From assembly GCA_041485165.1 (NCBI GenBank), contig JBGPJC010000003.1, forward strand, positions 17-64,016: a stretch of DNA of 64,000 nt. The letters run 5' to 3'. Under the pieces are notes generated by a model, which searched no databases, was not told where the DNA came from, and was given only the letters and a program-made list of their open reading frames with translations. Positions within the stretch are counted from its first letter, which is position 1, and each line of letters begins with the position of its first letter. A program made the translations under genes and the position numbers. Source of the DNA: Terriglobia bacterium (GTDB lineage Bacteria > Acidobacteriota > Terriglobia > Acidiferrales > UBA7541). Positions 26,983-35,088 of the stretch are shown one piece after another.

Positions 26983-28890
26983 ATGACCGCGCCGCCCGTC
27001 GAGATCGAAATTACCTACAACGCGACCACGCTCCGCGGCGCTTTCCGACTTCAATCCACTGGTGACAATTCGATATGGGAGCGCCTGACCCAACGAGTTC
27101 TCGCTCTTGACAGCGATTACGAATTTGGTAGTGGTGTCCTCGATGCTCCGTGGACGACGGTCCTTTCCATCATCCGCGAGTTTGCTCCCTTGCAGCGAAA
27201 GCAGGGGTTTCATTTTCGTCCCGTGGGCCCCGCAAAGGAAAAGATTGATCAGTTCGTCCGTGAATACAAAGCGGTTAAGGATTCACGCGGGACGCTAACA
27301 GCCACGCTCAGTGACAAAGAAGTTGAGCAGCGGCTAAAGGCTGTGGCTTTTACAAAACGCGACCTCAAGACATTTCAGAACCGAGATCTTACGCACCTTC
27401 TTTCACTGGCCAACGGAGCCAATTTCTCGGTTCCCGGCGCCGGGAAAACTACTGTCACTTTCGCTTTGCACCTGATCACTCAGCGCCCAGGCCAGCATCT
27501 TCTAGTTCTGGCACCGAAAAATGCTTTCATCGCATGGCAAGATGTTGTTCGTGACTGCATTGATTCGAATTCAGAAAACAGCAATGCTGAGCCATTCACC
27601 GTGCTTACTGGCGGGGCAGATACAATCGCTGCACTCCTGGAATCCGGTGCAACCCGCTTCCTTATTACTTACGACCAGCTAATACGGATTCCCACCATAA
27701 TAGCCGCGTACCTTTCGCGGCGTCCCGTTCACCTTGTCCTTGACGAATCACATCGCATGAAGGCAGGTATGGCATCGCAGAGAGGATCCCTGCTCCTCAA
27801 TCTGTCATCGCTTGCCGTCCGTCGCGACATTCTCAGCGGAACGCCAATGCCACAATCCCCCAGCGATCTGCAATCACAACTCGATTTCCTGTGGCCGGGA
27901 GCGGGTTTAGGCTTGAAGATTGCTCAAGGGGCGGCCCCAAGGCAGGTCTTGGGCAACCTTTATGTGAGGACAACCAAGAGCGAGTTGGGCTTGCTCAAGC
28001 CACACCGGCAATTCATCCATGTCGAGATGAACCCTGGACAGCAAGCGCTCTATGCGGTCGTGCGCAACGAAGCCCTGAAGCAGTTGAGTTCGCTGAAATA
28101 TGAAAGCCGCGTTGACGTGTACGGCGCGCGGAGGTCGGTGATGACGTTACTGCAGCTGTCAGTGAACCCCGTCCTGGCCCTGCGTTCCATGGCCGAAACG
28201 CAAGAACTTTCCCTCATAGGTTCCGGAATTGTAGACAAGGTGATTGAGGAAGGGCCTTCCCAAAAAATGCGAGCCGTCGCTTCGCTTGCTCGACAGCTTT
28301 CTCGCGATGGTCACAAGAGCGTCATCTGGACGATATTCACCGGGACCATCCTCGAAATGGAGAAGATGCTGGCCGATCTGAACCCGGTTACGCTGTATGG
28401 CGCAATACCCATTGGTGAAGAAGAAGGCGCAGATACGCGAGAGAACCGTATTCGACGGTTCCATGAGGATCCAGCCTGCGCTGTTATGATCGCAAATCCC
28501 TCCGCGGCCGGCGAGGGAATCAGCCTCCATGCAATCTGTCACAACGCCATTTATCTTGATCGCAGCTACAACACGACCCACTACCTGCAGTCGATTGATC
28601 GAATCCACCGCCTCGGACTTAAACCGGGCATCGAAACGTACATTCATATCTTTCAGACGGTAGCTCCGCAAGCAATCGGAAGTATTGACCGCTCTGTCAA
28701 TCACCGCTTAGCTATCAAACTCAGAAATCTGCAGCAGCTTCTTGACGATCCCGATCTTCATGAAATAGCCCTGGATGAGGAAAATGCCGCCGATCCGACG
28801 AACTACGGTATCGAGCTGGATGACCTCATTGATTTGATCGAGGAGCTTGAGGGGAGAGATCTCAACTTTGACGATAGCGAAGAGGAATAA
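26983..28890 (+). CDS. SNF2-family helicase/translocase
   Basis: Motif I is SVPGAGKTT, motif II is LVLDESHRMK and motif III is ILSGTPMPQS. The C-terminal helicase lobe carries AAGEGISLH and QSIDRIHRLG (motif VI). Alternative TTG start at 26971. Confidence 0.9.
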   Translation: MTAPPVEIEITYNATTLRGAFRLQSTGDNSIWERLTQRVLALDSDYEFGSGVLDAPWTTVLSIIREFAPLQRKQGFHFRPVGPAKEKIDQFVREYKAVKDSRGTLTATLSDKEVEQRLKAVAFTKRDLKTFQNRDLTHLLSLANGANFSVPGAGKTTVTFALHLITQRPGQHLLVLAPKNAFIAWQDVVRDCIDSNSENSNAEPFTVLTGGADTIAALLESGATRFLITYDQLIRIPTIIAAYLSRRPVHLVLDESHRMKAGMASQRGSLLLNLSSLAVRRDILSGTPMPQSPSDLQSQLDFLWPGAGLGLKIAQGAAPRQVLGNLYVRTTKSELGLLKPHRQFIHVEMNPGQQALYAVVRNEALKQLSSLKYESRVDVYGARRSVMTLLQLSVNPVLALRSMAETQELSLIGSGIVDKVIEEGPSQKMRAVASLARQLSRDGHKSVIWTIFTGTILEMEKMLADLNPVTLYGAIPIGEEEGADTRENRIRRFHEDPACAVMIANPSAAGEGISLHAICHNAIYLDRSYNTTHYLQSIDRIHRLGLKPGIETYIHIFQTVAPQAIGSIDRSVNHRLAIKLRNLQQLLDDPDLHEIALDEENAADPTNYGIELDDLIDLIEELEGRDLNFDDSEEE

Positions 28891-28892
28891 CG

Positions 28893-29765
28893 GTGACACT
28901 CCACCGACAAGAATCCCTCTTCACCATGAGCGCTCTGAACGGTCTACTCGCGATTCGGCGTTACGCCATTGCTCATCCTAACGTTTTGCTGCCGGAAGTC
29001 GTAACGGCACTGAAGCACGTATCCGCGGACGAGGCCTATCACAATTACGAGGCGGCTGCCACATTGCACAGTCTCGTAGCGCGGGCTGAAAGGCCTGAGA
29101 CCGATATTCCCTTGTTCTTCCGGGAAGCCATTACGACACTCGTTAGGGAGATCAAACCTTGGTGGGTGCGCCTTTCGACTTCGGGACGTGATCGCGTGAA
29201 GGCCGCCCTCAGCATAAACGAAGTTCAATGCTTCGATGCCGCTGGTCTCTTTGCGCAACCGCCGACAGCCGAGATTCTCACATGGTGGGACGCATTGGCC
29301 CATGGAGTCCGTGCGAACGACAATGCGAAGCTATTAGCGCAGGGCCGTGAAGCGGAGCGGCTCACTATGGACTACGAGACGAGAAGATTATCCGACTTGG
29401 GCATTAGCAATCGTCCGCAGTGGATCTCTTTCGACGACAACGCGGCTGGGTACGACGTGCTGTCGTACGAAAGGGGACCTGTTGAACCCGTTGCTAAACT
29501 GATTGAAGTCAAATCGACCGGCCGTCGGCCACGCGAGATTTTCCTGACCCGGAACGAATGGGAAACCGCGCTGGAACGGTTCCCTAACTACTGTTTTCAT
29601 ATCTGGACACTCCCGGAGATGCAGCTGACCGAACTCACCCCGTCTGACCTTAGCCGGCATGTGCCCGAAAATAACGGAAACGGGGTCTGGCAAGTCGTCC
29701 GCATAACCTTAGAGGACGGGGCGCATGGCCCAATCGCCGGATCGTGCGGCGAGGATGGCGACTGA
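28893..29765 (+). CDS. DUF3883 (NOV C-terminal, PD-(D/E)xK-like) domain protein
   Basis: AGYDVLSYERG...KLIEVKSTGRRPREIFLTRNEWETALERFPNYCFHIW matches the DUF3883 pattern GyD..S....iEVK......f.ls.nE...A....y.ly.v. GTG 28893 is 2 nt after the SNF2 stop. Alternative ATG at 28926. Confidence 0.7.
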   Translation: MTLHRQESLFTMSALNGLLAIRRYAIAHPNVLLPEVVTALKHVSADEAYHNYEAAATLHSLVARAERPETDIPLFFREAITTLVREIKPWWVRLSTSGRDRVKAALSINEVQCFDAAGLFAQPPTAEILTWWDALAHGVRANDNAKLLAQGREAERLTMDYETRRLSDLGISNRPQWISFDDNAAGYDVLSYERGPVEPVAKLIEVKSTGRRPREIFLTRNEWETALERFPNYCFHIWTLPEMQLTELTPSDLSRHVPENNGNGVWQVVRITLEDGAHGPIAGSCGEDGD

Positions 29766-29838
29766 CGAAGGCTAGGTTTCCCGGGTGCTTTTTAAGCAGT
29801 CTTGTGACGATGTCAGCGTCGAGCGAATAACTGCTCAT
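29766..29838 (-). pseudogene. 5' remnant (~24 codons) of a PIN-domain VapC-like toxin gene
   Basis: MSSYSLDADIVTRLLKKHPGN resembles the VapC N-terminus (M..yLLDTNvvs.ll...p). The PIN-like similarity stops where the DUF3883 gene ends at 29765. The ATG overlaps the upstream small gene stop (ATGA at 29835-38). Confidence 0.45.
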
Positions 29839-30053
29839 CCCGTTTCACCGGGGTTGAAAGTGGCCCGGTGTAGCTCCAGGTCGGCCTCGAAATCTTTCCA
29901 CCAAGTCTCACCGCGGTCGTCTGGAGTGGCGAGCCAGGAATCCAGCCACTGAAGCAGTTTTGTGTTTCGTGGTCGCAGGCGCCGCGCAGCTCCACTGGAA
30001 TCGGTCACGAGCGACTTTGATTTCCCTCGGCGCAAAATGGATTGCTTGGGCAT
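29835..30053 (-). CDS. small protein in antitoxin position (putative VapB-like partner)
   Basis: 72 aa, translationally coupled (ATGA) to the PIN remnant. The call rests on position only. I do not recognise a family. Confidence 0.35.
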   Translation of the reverse strand: MPKQSILRRGKSKSLVTDSSGAARRLRPRNTKLLQWLDSWLATPDDRGETWWKDFEADLELHRATFNPGETG

Positions 30054-30345
30054 GAGTTTGGGTTTCCGATCCTTTTCTGTTGCGTATCCGGCAAAACCCT
30101 GCTTGCTTATCCTAGCCTAAAGAGCCGCTGAGGGGAAACATCTGGAGGATGGGCGGAGAGATGAAAGCAGATCCCTCGTCCGCCGGAGCTGACTCGGGAT
30201 GACAGTTCTTGGCGTGGGGGGGAACGGGGAGGGAAAAAGATAACGCGGAGGCACAGAGAACGCAGAGTGACGCAGAGTCTGGAAGAGATGGCCAGGATTT
30301 GGAGGTTGGACGGAGGAGGATGGGAGCTGGAAGTTGCGGGTTTGA

Positions 30346-30483
30346 GGTAGGGGCACGGCGAAGCCGTGCCCATTCGACGGACGACAGGCGATGATCGACG
30401 GACCCTTCGACTCGCTCCGTTCGCTCAGGATTAACATCCTGGCCGGATGCTGACGGTGGGCACGGCTGTGCCGTGCCCCTACC
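30346..30483. repeat. REP-like element: two GGGCACGGC-N3-GCCGTGCCC hairpins arranged as a larger inverted repeat
   Basis: Hairpin 1 is at 30351-30371 and hairpin 2 at 30458-30478. The outer arms are GGTAGGGGCACGGC / GCCGTGCCCCTACC. Confidence 0.6.
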
Positions 30484-30493
30484 AAATCTAGGA

Positions 30494-31744
30494 TTAGATG
30501 ACTCGTGGCTCAGGGATAGGAATGAGGACCTTTGTGCCGCGGTCGCGGAGAAGCTGGAGGTATTCCAGGATCTCGGTGGCGAAGTTCCAGGCCAGCAGGA
30601 AAACATAGTCGGGCGGCTGCTGCGATAGCCGCTCCGGCGAATAGACCGGGATGTGGCTGCCCGGAGTGTACAGGCCGATCTTCAGCGGGCTGCGGTCCAC
30701 GGTAAAGCTCACCAGCGAAGTGTCGATGCCGCAATAGCACAGCAGCGTATTGCCCTTGGCAGGCGCGCCGTAGCCGGCTACGGTCTTTCCCGCGTCTCGC
30801 CAGCTGCGCAGCAAGGTGAGCAGCCGCTCGCGGTTCTGGGCGACACGCGCGGCAAAGGAGCGGTAGGTATCCAGCGTGCCAAACCCCGCCCGCCTCTCCT
30901 GTTCCGCCATTTCCAGGACCTGTGCGCCGTGGCCCTGCGGGCTGGAAGCGCGTCCCCACATGCGCAGCGAGCCGCCGTGGATATCCACCTGGTCCACGCG
31001 CTCGAGCTCGAGGCCAGCGCGTTCGAATAGGCGCATCAGCGGGCGCACCGCGAAGTAGCAGAGATGCTCGTGGTAGATGGTGTCGTACTCGAACGCGGCG
31101 AGCATGGTGGCCAGATAGGGCGCCTCGATGACCACGCGCCCGCCGGGTTTGAGCAGCGCGCCGCAGGCGGAGAGGAATCCCACCGTGTCATCCACGTGTG
31201 CCAGGACGTTGTTGGCCAGAACTGCGGAAGCGGGGCCATGTGTTTGCAGCAGGCGCGCGGCCAGCGGCGCGTCGAAAAATTCGTTGACCGTCTCGATGCC
31301 CGCGGCGCGAGCAATCTCAGCGATGTTTTTCGCCGGCTCGACGCCGAGCGTGCGCACGCCCAGGTCGCGGAAACAGCCCAGCAGGCTGCCGTCGTTCGAG
31401 GCCACCTCGACCACCAGGTCATTCGCGCCGAGGCCGATCGCGCGATTCACCTCTCCGGCCAGCGCAGTGTTGTGACGCACAATGGTGGCGTTTGTTCCCG
31501 TGCGATACAGATAGTTGGAGAACAACACTTTCGGGCTGACCACGTCTACGAGCTGCACCAGCCAGCAATCCGAACAGAAGTAGACCTCCAGAGGAAAACG
31601 CGGCTCCGGTTCGCGGAGCTGCTCGGCGGTAAGGAAAGCATTGGCCAGCGGCACCTGCCCCAGCGAGAGGAACTTGTGCAGGTTGCGCCCGCCGCAAGCC
31701 CGGCAGGTGTCGCGCACGGTCAGGACGCCGGAGGGAAGACTCAT
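30494..31744 (-). CDS. NDP-sugar C-methyltransferase (TylCIII-like; Zn-ribbon + SAM-MT + C-methyltransferase C-terminal domain)
   Basis: CRACGGRNLHKFLSLGQVPLANAF...YFCSDCWLVQL is the putative zinc-binding domain of sugar C-methyltransferases, followed by a class I SAM fold (VVEVASNDG). ATG 31744 overlaps the upstream stop (ATGA). Confidence 0.8.
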   Translation of the reverse strand: MSLPSGVLTVRDTCRACGGRNLHKFLSLGQVPLANAFLTAEQLREPEPRFPLEVYFCSDCWLVQLVDVVSPKVLFSNYLYRTGTNATIVRHNTALAGEVNRAIGLGANDLVVEVASNDGSLLGCFRDLGVRTLGVEPAKNIAEIARAAGIETVNEFFDAPLAARLLQTHGPASAVLANNVLAHVDDTVGFLSACGALLKPGGRVVIEAPYLATMLAAFEYDTIYHEHLCYFAVRPLMRLFERAGLELERVDQVDIHGGSLRMWGRASSPQGHGAQVLEMAEQERRAGFGTLDTYRSFAARVAQNRERLLTLLRSWRDAGKTVAGYGAPAKGNTLLCYCGIDTSLVSFTVDRSPLKIGLYTPGSHIPVYSPERLSQQPPDYVFLLAWNFATEILEYLQLLRDRGTKVLIPIPEPRVI

Positions 31745-32547
31745 TGCGGCTGCCGGCCCTCTCTCGAGGGGTCCGGGGCCAGCCCGAGATCGGCGGAGGT
31801 GAGGGGCCGGACAGCGCGCTTCCATGCGCGGTGTTCGCTGCCGAAGCGGTAGCGGAAGATGTTTTTCAGGAATTGCAGGCAGGTCGAGTAACGCACGTTG
31901 GATTTTCCGCCGCCGCGTGCCAGGCCCTCGACGTCGCGTTCGCGGATCTGCAGGCCCAGGTGCTTGGCCTTGATCATCAGTTCGGGATCCAGAAACCAGT
32001 CGCGCGACTCGAGCCGCAACGAAGCAAGCGCCACCCGCGGAAAAACCTTTGGGCTGGCATTCAGGTCAATCGAGCCGAGCCAGCCAAACGCCGCCTGCAT
32101 GCCGAAATTGTACAGCACCGAGACCAGCTTGCGCCTCCAACTGTCTTTGCGGAACCTTCTGCGCACTTTGGCCAGCGTGGGGACTTCGGCGCGGCTCGCT
32201 TCCTGATAAGTGCGCACCGCTTCTTCGGCAGCCACCTGGCCGTCGGCGCAGAGGTACCCGGCCAACGGCGCGGTGCAGGCTTTCAGCCCCTCGAGGACGC
32301 CTTTGCCGTAACCCTGGTTGACGGCCACGCTCACCTTGACTACCGGCTGACCCTCGGCGATCAGGGCGTCAATGATTTCGCCGGTGCGGTCGCGCGAGCC
32401 ATTGTCCACCAGGACCAACTCGAGCGTGACACCGGAACGCTCAAATGCTTCGAGCAAATCCCGCGCGGTGGTCTTCAGGCAAACCTCTTCGTTGTAGCAG
32501 GGCATCACCATGGAAACAGCCGCGGGCTTGCGAGGCGCCGCCGGCAT
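31741..32547 (-). CDS. family 2 glycosyltransferase
   Basis: VSMVMPCYNEE...LVLVDNGSRDRTGEI follows the GT2 pattern. It is directly abutted to the upstream epimerase gene. Confidence 0.85.
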   Translation of the reverse strand: MPAAPRKPAAVSMVMPCYNEEVCLKTTARDLLEAFERSGVTLELVLVDNGSRDRTGEIIDALIAEGQPVVKVSVAVNQGYGKGVLEGLKACTAPLAGYLCADGQVAAEEAVRTYQEASRAEVPTLAKVRRRFRKDSWRRKLVSVLYNFGMQAAFGWLGSIDLNASPKVFPRVALASLRLESRDWFLDPELMIKAKHLGLQIRERDVEGLARGGGKSNVRYSTCLQFLKNIFRYRFGSEHRAWKRAVRPLTSADLGLAPDPSREGRQPQ

Positions 32548-33657
32548 TCATCGTCTCCCTGCGCGAGGCGCCCCGCTCGGAACGGGATGCGCTGCCGCGT
32601 CTCCGCGCGCACGAGACTCCAAGGTGAGGCGTATGCCTTCACGCACCGAGATGGCAGGCTTCCATCCAAGCAGACGCGCGAGCCGCGAAGTATCCGCGGG
32701 GCCCTGGGCGGTTTCGTCGCCGCGGTAGGGGAGCGCACCGAATTCGAGTTGTTCCGGCCTTATGCCCAATAGCTCAGCCGCGGTTTCCGTGAAATTGCGC
32801 ACCGACGTGAGGGTCCCGGTACAGAGATTCACCACCGCCGGCGCACTGCCGGCAATACAGCCCAGCCGCAACAACCCTTCAGCAATATCGCCAAGGTAGG
32901 TGAAGTCGCGGAGCTGTTCTCCTGGAGTGAGGCGCAGCTTCTCTCCGCTGCGCGCGGCATCGAGCAGAGAGGGCAGCAGGCGGTGGCTGCGCTCGCCCGG
33001 GCCGTAGACGGTGAACAGCCGCGCAGTAACCGCTCGCAGACCGCTGCCTTCGACTGCGCGGGAAATCGCCAAAGTGCCCGCGAGTTTGGTGCGTCCATAG
33101 AGGTTTACAGGTTTTGCAGGAGTGTCCTCTCCGACCGGGCCGGCTACTGCGCCGTACTCCGCGGCGCTGCCAACGTGGACGAGCCTCAGACCGGGCCAGT
33201 TGTTGGGCGGCTCCGTCGCAAGCCCGTCGGCAATTTCTTCAACGACGCCGTGGTTTATTCGTTCAGCAATAGAGGAATCTTTTTCGGCCGGGTCTACACC
33301 GTAACCGGCAAGATGAAAGACGATGTGCGGGCGGGCGCGGCGAAGCAGCGGCAATGCCGATCCCGGCTGGCTCAAGTCCGCAGGCAGGAGCTCGCATCGG
33401 CGGGAGAGGTCGCGCGCAGCCGCTGCCAGCAAGCCTGGGTCCCGCCCGGTCAGCAGGACCTTCGCTCCAGCGCTATCGAGCAAATGCGCCACCGCGCGGC
33501 CGATAAACCCCGATGCGCCCGTCACCAGCGCGCGGCGTCCGGCATAGACACGTAGAACGTCAGGAAGGGCTGGCACAGAAGAAGGATAGACGCAAGCGCT
33601 GGGACGGGCAAGGCTGCGCCGGACATTACCATGCTGATGTGGTGGAAGGGAGGTCAT
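32548..33657 (-). CDS. NAD-dependent epimerase/dehydratase (extended SDR)
   Basis: ALVTGASGFIGRAV is the Rossmann motif and YGRTKLAG is the YxxxK motif. The long N-terminal extension in the ORF track is discounted. The start is placed at ATG 33657 but is uncertain. Confidence 0.78.
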   Translation of the reverse strand: MTSLPPHQHGNVRRSLARPSACVYPSSVPALPDVLRVYAGRRALVTGASGFIGRAVAHLLDSAGAKVLLTGRDPGLLAAAARDLSRRCELLPADLSQPGSALPLLRRARPHIVFHLAGYGVDPAEKDSSIAERINHGVVEEIADGLATEPPNNWPGLRLVHVGSAAEYGAVAGPVGEDTPAKPVNLYGRTKLAGTLAISRAVEGSGLRAVTARLFTVYGPGERSHRLLPSLLDAARSGEKLRLTPGEQLRDFTYLGDIAEGLLRLGCIAGSAPAVVNLCTGTLTSVRNFTETAAELLGIRPEQLEFGALPYRGDETAQGPADTSRLARLLGWKPAISVREGIRLTLESRARGDAAAHPVPSGAPRAGRR

Positions 33658-33714
33658 GGCGCGGGTCGGTTGCGGCTGGCCGGGGTTGACGCTATCCTCA
33701 GGGAACACGTCAAG

Positions 33715-34635
33715 ATGGTGAAGACACTTTTCCTGACAGGAGCGACCGGATTTGTAGGCCGGCACTTGCTTCCCCGGTTGACCGCGGAAGAATTCGGGAA
33801 GGTGTATTGCCTCACGCGCGCCCGGTCTTCGCCACCTGTCCTGCCCGTCAACGCCATCGCCCTTGAGGGTGACTTGTTCGGCCTCGCACGGTACGCGAAA
33901 GAAATCGCCGAGTCGGATTGCGTCGTGCATCTCGCCGCGGCCACCGGCAAGAGCGCTCCACAGGAGTTCTTCCGCGTGAATGTAGAGGGCACGCGCGCGT
34001 TGCTCGAACAGGCCAAACCCGGCGGCGTGCGGCGCGTGCTTTTTGTCAGCTCAATTGCCGCCCGGTACGCGGACAATGCGCGTTACTACTATGCGCAGTC
34101 GAAAGCCCAAGCGGAAGAGCTGGTGCGCTCGGCAGGGCTCGCTTTCACCATCCTCCGCCCGACGATTGTCGTCGGCCGCGGCTCGGCGGTGCTCGCCGGG
34201 CTCGAAAAGCTTGCCGCGCTGCCCGTCGTGCCGGTGTTCGGCGATGGCCGCGCGCGCGTGCAGCCCATCGCCGTCGAAGACCTCGCCGAGTTTATTCTGG
34301 ATATCGTGCGTGGCGGCCGTTTCCAGGGCGAGACCCTCGAACTTGGCGGGCCGGACATCCTCTCGATGGAGGAGCTTCTGCGCAAGATCACCCGGTTTCG
34401 TTTCCACCGCGAAGCGCGCGTGATGCACATTCCCTTCGGACTGGTGGCGCTGCCGCTGGCGCTGCTCGAACCGCTGGCGCGAGGCTTGCTTCCAGTCACT
34501 GCGGGCCAACTTTCCAGCTTCCGCTCGGATGGCGCCATCGCGCCAAACTCGCTGTTTGAAGAACGCCGGGGGAAGCTGATGCCCGTGGATGAAATGTTGC
34601 GCCGTTGGGCGGATGGGGCGGCCGCGAACGCATGA
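33715..34635 (+). CDS. NAD-dependent epimerase/dehydratase-family SDR
   Basis: MVKTLFLTGATGFVGRHL and YAQSKAQAE (YxxxK) are present. It is divergent from the epimerase at 32548-33657. Confidence 0.8.
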   Translation: MVKTLFLTGATGFVGRHLLPRLTAEEFGKVYCLTRARSSPPVLPVNAIALEGDLFGLARYAKEIAESDCVVHLAAATGKSAPQEFFRVNVEGTRALLEQAKPGGVRRVLFVSSIAARYADNARYYYAQSKAQAEELVRSAGLAFTILRPTIVVGRGSAVLAGLEKLAALPVVPVFGDGRARVQPIAVEDLAEFILDIVRGGRFQGETLELGGPDILSMEELLRKITRFRFHREARVMHIPFGLVALPLALLEPLARGLLPVTAGQLSSFRSDGAIAPNSLFEERRGKLMPVDEMLRRWADGAAANA

Positions 34636-35081
34636 CGCCCGCAACGGCTGCAAGCCTCGAGCGCGAGTGCGACGTTTTTGTCCGCTACCTGGTGCGCGTC
34701 CGGCCGGACGCTTACATCCAGAAAAAATATGCGCAGGCACACAGCGTTTCCGCCGACTACACGGCAAATGCGGCTTTTGACCGTCTGCTGATCGCTCTGG
34801 CCTCTACCGCGCCCCTGGGCGCCAGCCTGGCGGATTCCTACGCTTCTCTCTTCGCGCGCTCTTCGGCACTGCGCAAAAAGCTAATTCTGCTGATGGCCAT
34901 CCTGGAGAGCTGTTCGCCGGCGCATGGCTTCCTCGACGCGCCCGACCGCGCCTCGGTGCCGGGGCTCTGCTTGCGCGGCGCATTCCGCGGAGCGTTTTTC
35001 GCACTGCGGTGTCTGGGCTCAGCTGTGGTCCTGCTCCCACTGCAGTTGGTTCTCGGCGGCAGCGGAGGGCGCAGGAAATAG
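34632..35081 (+). CDS. hypothetical protein with C-terminal hydrophobic segment
   Basis: The ATG overlaps the upstream stop (ATGA at 34632-35), and the gene ends 7 nt before the GMC oxidoreductase start. No family is recognised. Confidence 0.5.
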   Translation: MTPATAASLERECDVFVRYLVRVRPDAYIQKKYAQAHSVSADYTANAAFDRLLIALASTAPLGASLADSYASLFARSSALRKKLILLMAILESCSPAHGFLDAPDRASVPGLCLRGAFRGAFFALRCLGSAVVLLPLQLVLGGSGGRRK

Positions 35082-35088
35082 CTCAGCG

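Noticed and set aside
24030-29765. Classifying the island as Dpd, Dnd/Ssp, DISARM or BREX because of the ParB-like, SNF2 and methyltransferase genes
   Set aside because: The hallmark genes are absent. There is no TGT/DpdA, no DndACDE/SspABCD cysteine desulfurase or PAPS-reductase-like genes, no DrmA/DrmB (DUF1998) or PLD, and no PglZ/BrxC/BrxL. Only generic components are shared.
30107-30606. Three overlapping minus-strand ORFs (88-164 aa) between the TA remnant and the C-methyltransferase
   Set aside because: They run through the REP-like hairpins. The translations are Pro/Ser/Arg-rich with no start context, so they are most likely non-coding.
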